Source: an uncultured Candidatus Saccharibacteria bacterium (GTDB lineage Bacteria; Patescibacteriota; Minisyncoccia; Phycocordibacterales; UBA1006). From it: a DNA stretch of 64,000 nt. The position numbers and the translations under genes were made by a program. Below are positions 16,528 to 26,939 of the stretch, in pieces (within the stretch, counting starts at the first letter, position 1; every line of letters starts with the position of its first letter). Where the stretch lies: NCBI GenBank assembly GCA_964350165.1, contig CAYGJA010000003.1, forward strand, positions 4,233-68,232. The letters run 5' to 3'. The notes beneath the pieces were generated by a model. That model saw only the letters and a list, made by a program, of their open reading frames with translations, searched no databases and was not told the DNA's origin.

Positions 16528-18985
16528 CCAGCAAGGTAACTGATGCAACCTTGTCCCCAGCGCGCAGTTTCATGATACGTACCCCCTGAGTAGAACGACC
16601 CAACTCAGAGATATCTTTTATCTCTAGACGAATGACCTGACTCTTTTCGGAAATCGCTACCAATTCGTGTTCTTGATTTTGAGGCACCACCTGAGCGCTT
16701 ACTAGTTGGCCGGTTTTGGTGGTAAGGTTGGCGGTCTTGATGCCCGACCCACCCCTACTTTGGGTTTTGTATTCATTGATATTGGTCTTTTTTCCATAGC
16801 CATTTTCGGCAACCACCAACAAATCTGCTGCTGGAGCAGCCTGGCTAATAACCCCGACTCCAACCACAATGTCGCCTTTTTTCAGCTTCATGCCCTTGAC
16901 CCCGGCGGCTGTTCGCCCCATGGTGCGTATTTCTTCTGATTCAAACCGAATTGACTGACCTTTCTGGGTAACCAAAATCAATTCGTCATCCTTGGAAACA
17001 AAACGCACTGCGAATAATTCGTCGCCGTCTTTTAGACTGATAGCAATCAAGCCGTTGCGTCGCACTTGTCGGAAACTATCTACGTCTACTTTTTTGACAA
17101 TTCCCTGCCTGGTAATAAAGAACAAATCTCCTTCTTTGTCTTTTTTGTCAGGGCTCATTGGCAAAATAGACGTCACTCGTTCGTGGTCCTCAATTTCCAA
17201 AAAGTTCATAATTGATTTTCCTCGAGTAGCGCGACCGCTTTCTGGAATATCGTACATTTTTATGGCATAGACTTTGCCCAAATCAGTAAAGAAAAGCAGT
17301 TCGCTCTTGGTGCTAGTATTGAGCATGTGCGTAACCACGTCTTCTTCTTTGGTGTTGATGTCCACCACTCCAACCCCGCCTCGTTTTTGTTTACGAAAAT
17401 CAGATGGATCGGTTCGTTTTACATAACCACCCTGGGTATAGACCAAAATTGAATTTTTGTCCTGGACCAAATCTTCGTCAGAAATATTTTTGACCTCGCG
17501 CGCCATTACCTTGGTGCGACGCTCGTCGTTGTGTTTTTCTTTGATTTCGACCAGCTCTTCTTTGATGACCGCCAGCATCTTTTTGGGACTTTTCAAAAGA
17601 TCCTTGAGGAAGGCGATGAATTTTAGGATTTCTTTGAGTTCGTCTTCGATTTTTTTGCGTTCCAATCCAGCTAGTTTTTGCAAACGCATATCAAGAATAG
17701 CCTGCGCCTGCACGTCAGTGAATTTGAATTTCTTGATCAAATTAAGCTGTGCACTTGGAGTGTCTTTGGACTCCTTAATCACTTTGATAACGGCGTCAAT
17801 ATTATCCAAAGCTTTTTTCAATCCTTCGAGAATATGAGCTCTGGCTTCTGCTTTTTTGAGGTCATATTCCGAACGACGCCTGACAACTTCTTTGCGGTGT
17901 TCCAAGAAATAATTGATGATTTCCTTTAGGGAAAGCGTCTGCGGAACACCATCCACCAAAGCCACCATATTGAAGTTAAATTTTGCCTCTAGTTCAGTGT
18001 GCTTGTACAAAAAATTAAGAATACGCTGTGGATTCACTCCAGCTTTGAGTTCAATCACGATTCGCATATCGCGAGTAGATTCATCGCGAAAATCCTTGAT
18101 ACCTTTTAGCTTTTTTTCTTGGACTAATTTTGCAATTTTTTCAATCAGTGAGGTTTTGTTGACACGAAAAGGAATCGAACTAATGATAATCTGATAGTCG
18201 CCTTTTTTGTTTTGGGTTATTTCGGTTTCACCACGAGTAACCACACCTCCGCGACCAGTAGCGTATGCCTGGACAATATCTTTTTTGTTGAAAATAATTC
18301 CTCCAATTGGAAAATCTGGACCTTTGATGTGTTCAAGCAAATCAGTATTGGTTGCTTCTGGATTATCAATAAGCTCTACACAAGCATCGACAACTTCTCC
18401 CAAGTTGTGAGGAGGAATATTGGTAGCCATACCAACGGCGATACCCAGCTCTCCGTTGAGCAACAAGTGTGGCAAAGCCGAAGGAAGTACGGACGGTTCT
18501 TGTTTGGTATCGTCATAGTTAGGGCGAAAATTAACGGTTTCTTTAGCGATATCCTTGAGCAATTCTCCCGAGATTTTAGACATTTTGGCTTCGGTATAAC
18601 GCATGGCCGCCGCCGAGTCGCCGTCGATTGAACCAAAGTTTCCCTGTCCCATCACCAGCGGATATCGATACGAGAACTCTTGAGCCATTTTTACCATCGC
18701 TTCATACACAGAAACGTCACCATGAGGATGATAGTTACCCAATACTTCTCCAACCACAGCCGCGGATTTTCGGAATTTTGCTCCGGCAGTAAGCCCCATA
18801 TTATGCATGGCAAACAGGATGCGTCGATGCACTGGCTTGAGACCGTCACGAACATCGGGCAAAGCACGCGACGTAATAACGGACATAGAATACGCCATAA
18901 AAGATTCCTTGATCTCTGTCGAAATCGACATAGGAATTACTTCATCGTGAATATTGATTGTTTTGTTCTGTTCGTCCTTGGCCAT
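16484..18985 (-). CDS. gyrA: DNA gyrase subunit A
   Basis: [28 protein letters not shown]; active-site Tyr context [12 protein letters not shown]; 833 aa with C-terminal beta-pinwheel repeats. Confidence 0.92.
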   Translation of the reverse strand: MAKDEQNKTINIHDEVIPMSISTEIKESFMAYSMSVITSRALPDVRDGLKPVHRRILFAMHNMGLTAGAKFRKSAAVVGEVLGNYHPHGDVSVYEAMVKMAQEFSYRYPLVMGQGNFGSIDGDSAAAMRYTEAKMSKISGELLKDIAKETVNFRPNYDDTKQEPSVLPSALPHLLLNGELGIAVGMATNIPPHNLGEVVDACVELIDNPEATNTDLLEHIKGPDFPIGGIIFNKKDIVQAYATGRGGVVTRGETEITQNKKGDYQIIISSIPFRVNKTSLIEKIAKLVQEKKLKGIKDFRDESTRDMRIVIELKAGVNPQRILNFLYKHTELEAKFNFNMVALVDGVPQTLSLKEIINYFLEHRKEVVRRRSEYDLKKAEARAHILEGLKKALDNIDAVIKVIKESKDTPSAQLNLIKKFKFTDVQAQAILDMRLQKLAGLERKKIEDELKEILKFIAFLKDLLKSPKKMLAVIKEELVEIKEKHNDERRTKVMAREVKNISDEDLVQDKNSILVYTQGGYVKRTDPSDFRKQKRGGVGVVDINTKEEDVVTHMLNTSTKSELLFFTDLGKVYAIKMYDIPESGRATRGKSIMNFLEIEDHERVTSILPMSPDKKDKEGDLFFITRQGIVKKVDVDSFRQVRRNGLIAISLKDGDELFAVRFVSKDDELILVTQKGQSIRFESEEIRTMGRTAAGVKGMKLKKGDIVVGVGVISQAAPAADLLVVAENGYGKKTNINEYKTQSRGGSGIKTANLTTKTGQLVSAQVVPQNQEHELVAISEKSQVIRLEIKDISELGRSTQGVRIMKLRAGDKVASVTLLDVGGDSTANPQSES

Positions 18986-19066
18986 ACAGAGGAATTACTG
19001 ATTAGTAAAAGCAAGCAAGCGGAAAGCCTGTCATGATTGGCATAGTATACACCATAATTACGTTTT

Positions 19067-19468
19067 TTACTGTTCTGCGTCGGTCTGAGGTTGTGTGCCT
19101 GGATAATTAATCGGAACAACGCTTTCTGGGTTCTCTTCTTTTTTCTGAAAAATATTCCGATCGGGAACAATGTCTTCGCTGACCTCTTCCACATAGCGTA
19201 TCATGTCTCGCCAGGTGTCAGACAGTATGGAAAAAGGGCTTGATTGTTGTATTCCCTGTTGAGCCAAGATTGTGTTCTTGGTAGCCACAGAACGAGCAAC
19301 AGCCTGAATTCCATAAAAGCCCCCCACCAAAACAACTGTTAAAATTACAGCGGCCACAAAAACAAATCGCTGTTTAAAAGCCGGTGACTGGGCTCGTATT
19401 TTTTCTATTTGTTCAGAAAGCCTACTCACGCTATACAGATAATAGAACGATTTCTGCTTCTTTTCCAA
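19067..19468 (-). CDS. Hypothetical single-pass membrane protein
   Basis: 133 aa, one TM helix (FVFVAAVILTVVLVGGFYGI); no motif recognised. Confidence 0.35.
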   Translation of the reverse strand: MEKKQKSFYYLYSVSRLSEQIEKIRAQSPAFKQRFVFVAAVILTVVLVGGFYGIQAVARSVATKNTILAQQGIQQSSPFSILSDTWRDMIRYVEEVSEDIVPDRNIFQKKEENPESVVPINYPGTQPQTDAEQ

Positions 19469-20045
19469 CTAGGTCTTTGGGTTTAATTGTCCATTTGTCC
19501 AGAGCTGGGGTTTTGTCTTGGTTGGCTTCATCCAAGAGAACCTTGGTTACCAATTGATCGGTGGCGGCGTCACCGACGACCAGCACGTAACTAGGCGAGA
19601 ATGACTTGGCTAGATTGTAGACCTTGGAAGGTGGCAAACCTGCCCCGAGGGCAACCACCACAATATCAGCCTCGCCTAGTTTTTCTCGTGCTTCGGACGT
19701 CAAGGCATCCATACTGTCAATGTGTCCTAGCAACACAATCCTCATGCCTTCAAATTCCACCAAATAAGAAGTGTTGATCATTTTTTTCCCTTCGTATTCA
19801 ACCCAAGACATGGCCCCCAGAATGGGTATGTCTTGGATTTCGTAGGCGCCAGCACCGTCAACTACAAAAGGCACTTTGTCTCCATACGTGACGGCTTCTA
19901 AACCATGAAAATCAGGGTGACTCAATGAAGAAATCATGAGATCAGCTCCAAATTTAGTTTTACCGCCTGTTTCTGGATTATAAGCAATCGTAAAATCACC
20001 ATACTGCAACCGCAGGAATTGTTTTCCGTAAAAATTTACTATCAT
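19431..20045 (-). CDS. MBL-fold (beta-lactamase superfamily, Lactamase_B_3-like) hydrolase-like protein, tentative
   Basis: ...GADLMISSLSHPDFHGLEA... resembles the D.ilithsHsDHld motif; ~200 aa, typical size. Confidence 0.35.
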   Translation of the reverse strand: MIVNFYGKQFLRLQYGDFTIAYNPETGGKTKFGADLMISSLSHPDFHGLEAVTYGDKVPFVVDGAGAYEIQDIPILGAMSWVEYEGKKMINTSYLVEFEGMRIVLLGHIDSMDALTSEAREKLGEADIVVVALGAGLPPSKVYNLAKSFSPSYVLVVGDAATDQLVTKVLLDEANQDKTPALDKWTIKPKDLVGKEAEIVLLSV

Positions 20046-20070
20046 AGTGCGCTAATTATAGCATATTGCC

Positions 20071-20098
20071 TTGCCAAAGAACCAATTTTGGCTATACT
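20071..20098 (+). promoter_or_regulatory. Sigma-70-like promoter candidate for rpsA: TTGCCA-N16-TATACT
   Basis: ttgccaaagaaccaattttggctatact in the intergenic region upstream of rpsA. Predicted only. Confidence 0.4.
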
Positions 20099-20234
20099 GA
20101 CAGGGCATTAATTAGCAGCGGTCCGCAAGACCAATCGCCCCTGGAATAAACACCATTTGACTCGTTTCTGGCATACCAGAAACACCATTTGGCACCAGGT
20201 TCGATACCAATTGCCGCTTTTATGCGGTATTTTT

Positions 20235-21307
20235 TTATGAACACAGACATCATGAACAGACTAACCGAAGGGTTAGAAGAAACAAACGAACTAGAACTCG
20301 AGCAAATCATCGAGGGAACTGTTATCAGTCTGGCCAAAAAGGCTGTTTACGTAGACTTGGCTCCACATGGAACCGGAATCATCTACGGACGAGAATTCCT
20401 CAATGCGCGAGACATTTTGCGCAACACCAGTATCGGTGATTCTGTAAAAGGAAAAGTCGTAGACATCGAGAACGAAGACGGATACATCGAGCTTTCACTC
20501 AAAGAAGCTCGCCAGGCACTAATCTGGAGCGAAGCCGAAAAACTAATGAAAGCCAAAACCCCGATGAAGCTCATCATCAAGGACGCCAACAAAGGAGGAA
20601 TTATCCTAGACTGGAACGGCATCCAAGGATTCCTACCGGCTTCTCAGCTTTCTGCTGACCACTACCCACGTGTAGAGGATGGCGACAAAGACGAAATCCT
20701 AACTGAACTACGAAAATTAGTAGGTACCACCATCGAAGTTTCTATTATCAACACCAACCGCAAAGACGGCAAGCTTATCTTTTCTGAAAAGGGTCACACC
20801 GAAGAAGACAAAGCCAAGCTTATCACCCACTATGGTGTTGGCGACGAAATGGAATGCGAGGTTACTGGTGTCGTAGACTTTGGTATCTTCTTGAAACTAG
20901 AAGACGGCCTCGAGGGGCTGGTTCACATTTCCGAAATCGACTGGTCACTAGTTGACGATCCTCGCAAACTATACAAGGTTGGCGACAAAACCAAGGCTCG
21001 CATTATTGAAATAAAAGACGGCAAAGTATCACTATCCATCAAAGCTCTCAAGTCTAATCCTTGGAGCCGAGTGGAAGGCAAATACAACGTTGGAGATATC
21101 GTGTCTGGTGTAGTTATCAAGCACAACAAGCATGGTGCCCTCGTAGCCATCGAAGAAGGCGTAGCCGGCTTGGTGCATGTTTCGGACTTCGAAGGAGAAG
21201 ACAAGCTCCGCCAAGGCCTAGAACTATCCAAGACCTACTCATTCAAAATCACCCTATTTAATCCAGGCGAACAACGCATGACGTTGTCATTCCAGGGAGA
21301 TAAATAA
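20235..21307 (+). CDS. rpsA: 30S ribosomal protein S1, short four-S1-domain form
   Basis: Repeated S1 domains (EGTVISLAKKAVYVDLAPHGTGIIYGREF...; ...GDSVKGKVVDIENEDGYIELSLKE...; ...EVTGVVDFGIFLKLEDGLEGLVHISEI...; ...IVSGVVIKHNKHGALVAIEEGVAGLVHVSDF). The track ORF start at 20189 is probably too early. Confidence 0.85.
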
Positions 21308-21328
21308 ACCCTAATCAATTAGGTTCTT

Positions 21329-21361
21329 AAAAAACAGCCACACTCTTGTGGCTGTTTTTTA
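21329..21361. terminator. Bidirectional intrinsic terminator between rpsA (+) and pth (-)
   Basis: aaaaaaCAGCCACActctTGTGGCTGtttttt. Confidence 0.8.
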
Positions 21362-21367
21362 TTTGAC

Positions 21368-21886
21368 CTAAAACGAGACTAGCGCTTTTTGAATTGGATT
21401 CAAGAGGGTTTTTAGGGTGGTGGTATCTTTGTCCTCCATATTCCGCAAGACATAATCACGGAAGTCTCCGGAGATGCTCTGTCGGCCCCCCTCGGGAGCA
21501 ATACCGATTCGGATCCGAGTGAAGTCCTGTGAGCCAAAATGGTCGACAATGGACTTGATGCCATTATGACCCGCATCACCGTGGTTACGGCCTGTTTTGA
21601 GGCTTCCTAGGGGGATATCCAGGTCATCGTGCACTACCACCAGGTTATTCTCGTCCAATCCGTACTGCTTGCGCAAATAATCCACCACTACGCCGGAGTT
21701 GTTCATAAATGTCTGTGGTTTTACCCATAGCACACCATCCACCTCAGCCAAATCAGCCTGGGCGTATTTGTTGAATTTCCAAGCATCAGCGGGGACAATT
21801 TGATCCGCAATAATCCACCCGGCATTGTGCCAGGTCTTCGCGTATTGTTCTCCTGGATTTCCAAGACAGATAATAATTAACATGCG
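21368..21886 (-). CDS. pth: Peptidyl-tRNA hydrolase
   Basis: MLIIICLGNPGEQYAKTWHNAGW...VVHDDLDIPLGSLKTGRNHGDAGHNGIKSI. The track extends to 21922 through a palindrome; Met at 21886 preferred. Confidence 0.85.
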   Translation of the reverse strand, partial: RMLIIICLGNPGEQYAKTWHNAGWIIADQIVPADAWKFNKYAQADLAEVDGVLWVKPQTFMNNSGVVVDYLRKQYGLDENNLVVVHDDLDIPLGSLKTGRNHGDAGHNGIKSIVDHFGSQDFTRIRIGIAPEGGRQSISGDFRDYVLRNMEDKDTTTLKTLLNPIQKALVSF

Positions 21887-21896
21887 AGTACTATAC

Positions 21897-21965
21897 CAAA
21901 AATAAAAACCTTTGAGGTTCATACAACAGAGACCGGAGTCTTTTAGTCATATGAACCTCAAAGGC
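21897..21965 (-). terminator. Intrinsic terminator of the 16S rRNA transcription unit: perfect 15-bp inverted repeat followed (minus sense) by TTTTTATTTTT
   Basis: Minus sense: CCTTTGAGGTTCATA-25 nt-TATGAACCTCAAAGG-TTTTTATTTTTGG. This palindrome also generates the mirror-image pseudo-ORFs MNLKGFY on both strands. Confidence 0.65.
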
Positions 21966-22187
21966 TTCTATGGGTCGAATTCAACATCACCTGATCACAT
22001 CCTTTGTTCGCCTTCTTACCATACACCATGTATGCACTTGTACACTATGCACACATGGATTTTTGCTTTTTTAACGATAAAAGCATCGGGCTGACGTTTC
22101 GCGTCATAACAGCCATCACGCTATTGCAACAGTGCAATAATCGACCGATTCGGCCTCAGTGAGCAAGCTCATCTGGGCTTTATATCG

Positions 22188-23637
<1,450 letters not shown>

Positions 23638-23867
23638 ACTGGAAGATGAACCATAAATGGTTCATCGTATAGTAAGAAGACGAACAAAAAATGTCATTCG
23701 CCAACTTAATCAAAATTAAACTGGATTGTTTAGACTCTCTCCGGCGAGAGAGTCTGTGATGCTGAATTGTCAAAGTCCTTCGCGACCCATTCGTATGGGG
23801 CAATTCAAAAGAAAAGACCCACTGCAATCAGTCGTGTGGCCAGTATATAGAGTTACAGAAATGTGTC

Positions 23868-23905
23868 AAGAAAAAACACCTCAAACCGAATAAACGGCCT
23901 GAGGT
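23868..23905. terminator. Hairpin terminator downstream of nhaA (minus strand), flanked by A/T runs
   Basis: aaaaaACACCTCAaaccgaataaacggccTGAGGTGTtttaatt. Confidence 0.6.
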
Positions 23906-23931
23906 GTTTTAATTATTCTGATTTATTTATA

Positions 23932-25110
23932 TTATACGTTATCCATTTCTTCATAGGCACTCCATCGCACGTACCTACGGATGCGCATAATTTGACTGAC
24001 AAGCAATGCCACCAAGAGGGTGGCCAAGAAACCAAGCGTCGCCTGCACTCCGAGGGATGGTGGAACCTGAGCAGACTGGACAAATATCAACGCCACTGTG
24101 GCATTAACTCCAGCAAACACAGACATGAGTAACGGCTCACGCACCGAGGCATCTTGGTACTTCGGATCGATCTCTATATTGCGTCGTCGAGCAATGTATC
24201 GAGTCAACAAAAAACCGCCCGTAATTCCAATAACCTTACCACCAAAACCACCAAGCATTGTGGTTAAAAACACAGACCCGATCTGGATATCCTCTACCGA
24301 AAACAAAGTGGCCTGCACCCCAAAATAGAATAAAAGAATATTGACAACCCCTTTGATCCAAGAATCCAGCTTATGCTTGATTTCTTCGGGGGCAAACAAA
24401 ATCACCAAACACCCGCCCACCTCTGCATGAAGGCCAGCTGCATACATGGAGGCGATGCCGCCAATAGCCAGAATCATCCAAGCGATAGTGCTTTTCCTGA
24501 GTCCTGTCAAGACAGGTAAAACATTAACCGCAACAACAGTAAAAGCAACCGCCAAACAAGCGATTAGCCCTAGAATATTGACATGTGCAGCGTGGAGCAG
24601 GGCAAGTACTAATACACTTCCCAAGTCGTCGCCAATCGCGAGCATTGTAAGCATTGTTACAACCAAGTAGAGCTGCTTACTCAGATGTTCCTTGTTGCTC
24701 GATGAGGCAATAAAGGCTCGGTAGACACTAATTGACAAAGCCACATCAGTGGCAGCCCCCCCAAGACTGATTCCTAGTTGCTGACTCACCGTCATGCCAA
24801 TATTTAGACTATGGAGCACCGCATAGATAACAAGCGGCGGTACAACAACCCCACCCAAAATAGCACCTCCCATGACTAGACCACCTTCTTTTATCTCCGA
24901 GAGCTTGACATGAGTCCCCAGATGGGTAAAAAAAGACGATAAAATCAGAAACAAAAGCACGGTGTTTAGTTCCGAGGAACGATAAACAAACGCCGCGTCA
25001 GGTTTTTTAGTAAAAAAAACCAGGTAGGTTATTATTAAACCTACTACTAGCCCAGCCAGGGCGAGAGGAGCGTCTGCCACTTTGGTATGGAGCTCATTCT
25101 TTTTTCCCAT
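23932..25110 (-). CDS. nhaA: Na+/H+ antiporter NhaA
   Basis: 392-aa polytopic membrane protein; ...LAIGDDLGSVLVLALLHAAHVN... matches the NhaA IADDLGAIxxIAxFYT region. Confidence 0.75.
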   Translation of the reverse strand: MGKKNELHTKVADAPLALAGLVVGLIITYLVFFTKKPDAAFVYRSSELNTVLLFLILSSFFTHLGTHVKLSEIKEGGLVMGGAILGGVVVPPLVIYAVLHSLNIGMTVSQQLGISLGGAATDVALSISVYRAFIASSSNKEHLSKQLYLVVTMLTMLAIGDDLGSVLVLALLHAAHVNILGLIACLAVAFTVVAVNVLPVLTGLRKSTIAWMILAIGGIASMYAAGLHAEVGGCLVILFAPEEIKHKLDSWIKGVVNILLFYFGVQATLFSVEDIQIGSVFLTTMLGGFGGKVIGITGGFLLTRYIARRRNIEIDPKYQDASVREPLLMSVFAGVNATVALIFVQSAQVPPSLGVQATLGFLATLLVALLVSQIMRIRRYVRWSAYEEMDNV

Positions 25111-25230
25111 GATTCAATTGTTAGAGTGAAACTTGCAGCGAAAAATACGCCCTGATGGCGTATTTGTCAAAAATTTTTTTCTACAACACAAAACCGCGCT
25201 CGAAATGAACGCGGTTTTTTATAAAAAAAT

Positions 25231-26793
25231 TTATACCTTCACCCAAAACCCTTCGTCGGGAAAGGGTCCGGGTATTTTTTTGAACCCAAAGTCGCCCAGA
25301 TCATAGGTGACCCCACCCATCTGGGCCTCGAGGTCTGGCCAACACAGGACCACCCCCCCAGAGGGGACCACTCGGGCTATGTTCGCGAGCAGACTGAGTC
25401 GGTAGAGCTCATTAGGACCCTTTTCTGGGACACTAATGTCATCCATGCCGCCAAGGATGACTATCGGCAAAGACTCGTCTGCAGCCTCTACTAGATGGGT
25501 GAGCATGTCCCCATTTTGAACACTGATCTTGGGAGTAATCATCTTGCTCTCTGCATTGATATCAACCCCCACAAATTCTGCCTGCGGGGCATATTTTTGA
25601 AGGGTTTCGGCGAAACTTTTGAACTCCTCCTCTTTAGACCCACAAGCCAGAGTAGTGATTACTCGAGCTCCAGAGAGGGTTTTTTTCAATATTTGGGCAC
25701 CCTCTTTTTGTTCAACGAGGATTCTATCAAAATACCCTTTGTCGTACCCTTGCCCCGAATAAGACAAGAGAGGAGGTACCAGGTTCGAACGCGCCTCGCT
25801 CAAAGACGGGATTTGAACTTCATCCAATTCTCCCAAAAAAGCCCGCAAGGTGCTTCCTAGTTTTACCCAGGACTCCTCCCCGCTTCGTCTCAGCCAGCGA
25901 GAGACTTCCATAACTTGTGACCAGCTGCCTTTAACCCCCTCCATAATTTGTTCGCCTTTGTAGTAGGCGGTGCCTATCACAAGAAACCCGATGATGGCCT
26001 CGACCTGATCGGGACTAAGCTTGGGGCCCCTGGGTTCTCTCTCTTGAGAATACTCCTCTAGACCCCTCATCAGGTCGTTATCTAGAGCGTGGTTCCAGAT
26101 ATCATCTAGCTCCTGACGCTCCTTTTCGTCAAGTTCTTGGGCCAACAACGTTCCAGCCGTTATCCCAACTGCGGCTGTCGTCGCGGTCCCGTATCCTTCC
26201 ACCACCCCCCTCACATACTCTCGCAAACCCAAACCCATCACGGTGAGGGTAAAAGCTCCGGCGGCTGCGAGGGCAGGTCTAGAGTCCCGCATAATCAGGG
26301 TGGTGGCCAAAGCCTCTTCTGTGGCCATCTTTCCAACGCCATCCATAAAATCAGTTGGAGTTAGAGGAAGAGCCTCGGCCACTTCCCAAACGGTAGTGTC
26401 TTGCAAGAACTGCAGGTCCACCATAACCACTGGCTGGTGGTTTTTGGGTGGATTCGTGGCCGTCTTGTACAGACAAACCCATTGTGGTTCGCCTGCTTCA
26501 TTGATCCCGCTCATCCAGAGCGTATCAATGGTTACGGGCCCCACCGACCTGGTGGTACCCCCCAGAATATGGTCCAAGTGGGCTGTCACCCCACTTTGGG
26601 CAATTTGCCGAGTGGTCTGGGCCGAAGCCGCTAGAGGGACATAGACCCTGCTGGCAGCCCCGGGACACTTTGCACACCTGTTTCCCGCGGTCCCAAAGGG
26701 GACCTGGGCTAGGGTGGTCGTAGATAGAAAGAAAAGCAAGGTGGCCACGAGGGTGGCCGAGCGGAGGAAATTTTTTTTTTCCATTTTTTCCAT
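25231..26793 (-). CDS. Secreted multi-domain protein A: signal peptide plus ~190-aa N-terminal domain shared at near-100% DNA identity with 29951-31861; C-terminal domain unknown
   Basis: MEKMEKKNFLRSATLVATLLFFLSTTTLAQVPFGTAGNRCAKCPGAASRVYVPLAASAQTTRQIAQSGVTAHLDH... The same 190 aa occur in the 636-aa protein. The C-terminal part (...FVGVDINAESKM...VVPSGGVVLCWPD) is vaguely Rossmann/methyltransferase-like and is not called. Confidence 0.45.
   Translation of the reverse strand: MEKMEKKNFLRSATLVATLLFFLSTTTLAQVPFGTAGNRCAKCPGAASRVYVPLAASAQTTRQIAQSGVTAHLDHILGGTTRSVGPVTIDTLWMSGINEAGEPQWVCLYKTATNPPKNHQPVVMVDLQFLQDTTVWEVAEALPLTPTDFMDGVGKMATEEALATTLIMRDSRPALAAAGAFTLTVMGLGLREYVRGVVEGYGTATTAAVGITAGTLLAQELDEKERQELDDIWNHALDNDLMRGLEEYSQEREPRGPKLSPDQVEAIIGFLVIGTAYYKGEQIMEGVKGSWSQVMEVSRWLRRSGEESWVKLGSTLRAFLGELDEVQIPSLSEARSNLVPPLLSYSGQGYDKGYFDRILVEQKEGAQILKKTLSGARVITTLACGSKEEEFKSFAETLQKYAPQAEFVGVDINAESKMITPKISVQNGDMLTHLVEAADESLPIVILGGMDDISVPEKGPNELYRLSLLANIARVVPSGGVVLCWPDLEAQMGGVTYDLGDFGFKKIPGPFPDEGFWVKV
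26197..26775. repeat. Copy 1 of a ~580-bp near-identical direct repeat (N-terminal domain coding region of protein A); partner at 31274-31852
   Basis: Antisense six-frame ORFs 26243-26644 and 31320-31721 are identical (MRVKAPAAARAGLESRIIRVV...AEAARGT), as are 26401-26634 and 31478-31711. Identity begins at ...ccaccacccccctcacatactctcgcaaaccc and runs to the start-codon region. Confidence 0.85.
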
Positions 26794-26939
26794 AAGTACA
26801 GATATATCGGAATTTTACCCTTCCGATGGGGTTTTTGATTTAGAATGAGGTGTACGTTACATTTGCTTGTTTGTCAATATAAAAAACACCCTGCACAGTA
26901 TTATTTTGCAGGGTGCTGGCTTGTTTTCACAAGCATATT

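Noticed and set aside
16706-18636. ORFs antisense to gyrA (16706-16939, 16992-17270, 17457-17837, 17678-17929, 17913-18194, 18207-18631)
   Set aside because: They are embedded in gyrA and have Ser/Leu/Ile-rich low-complexity translations typical of antisense frames of AT-rich coding DNA.
21886-22094. N-terminal extension of pth (MNLKGFYFWYSTR) and the plus-strand ORF 21912-22094 (MRFIQQRPESFSHMNLKGFY...)
   Set aside because: Both derive from reading through a perfect 15-bp inverted repeat, which gives the same peptide MNLKGFY on both strands. The palindrome is an rRNA terminator, not coding sequence.
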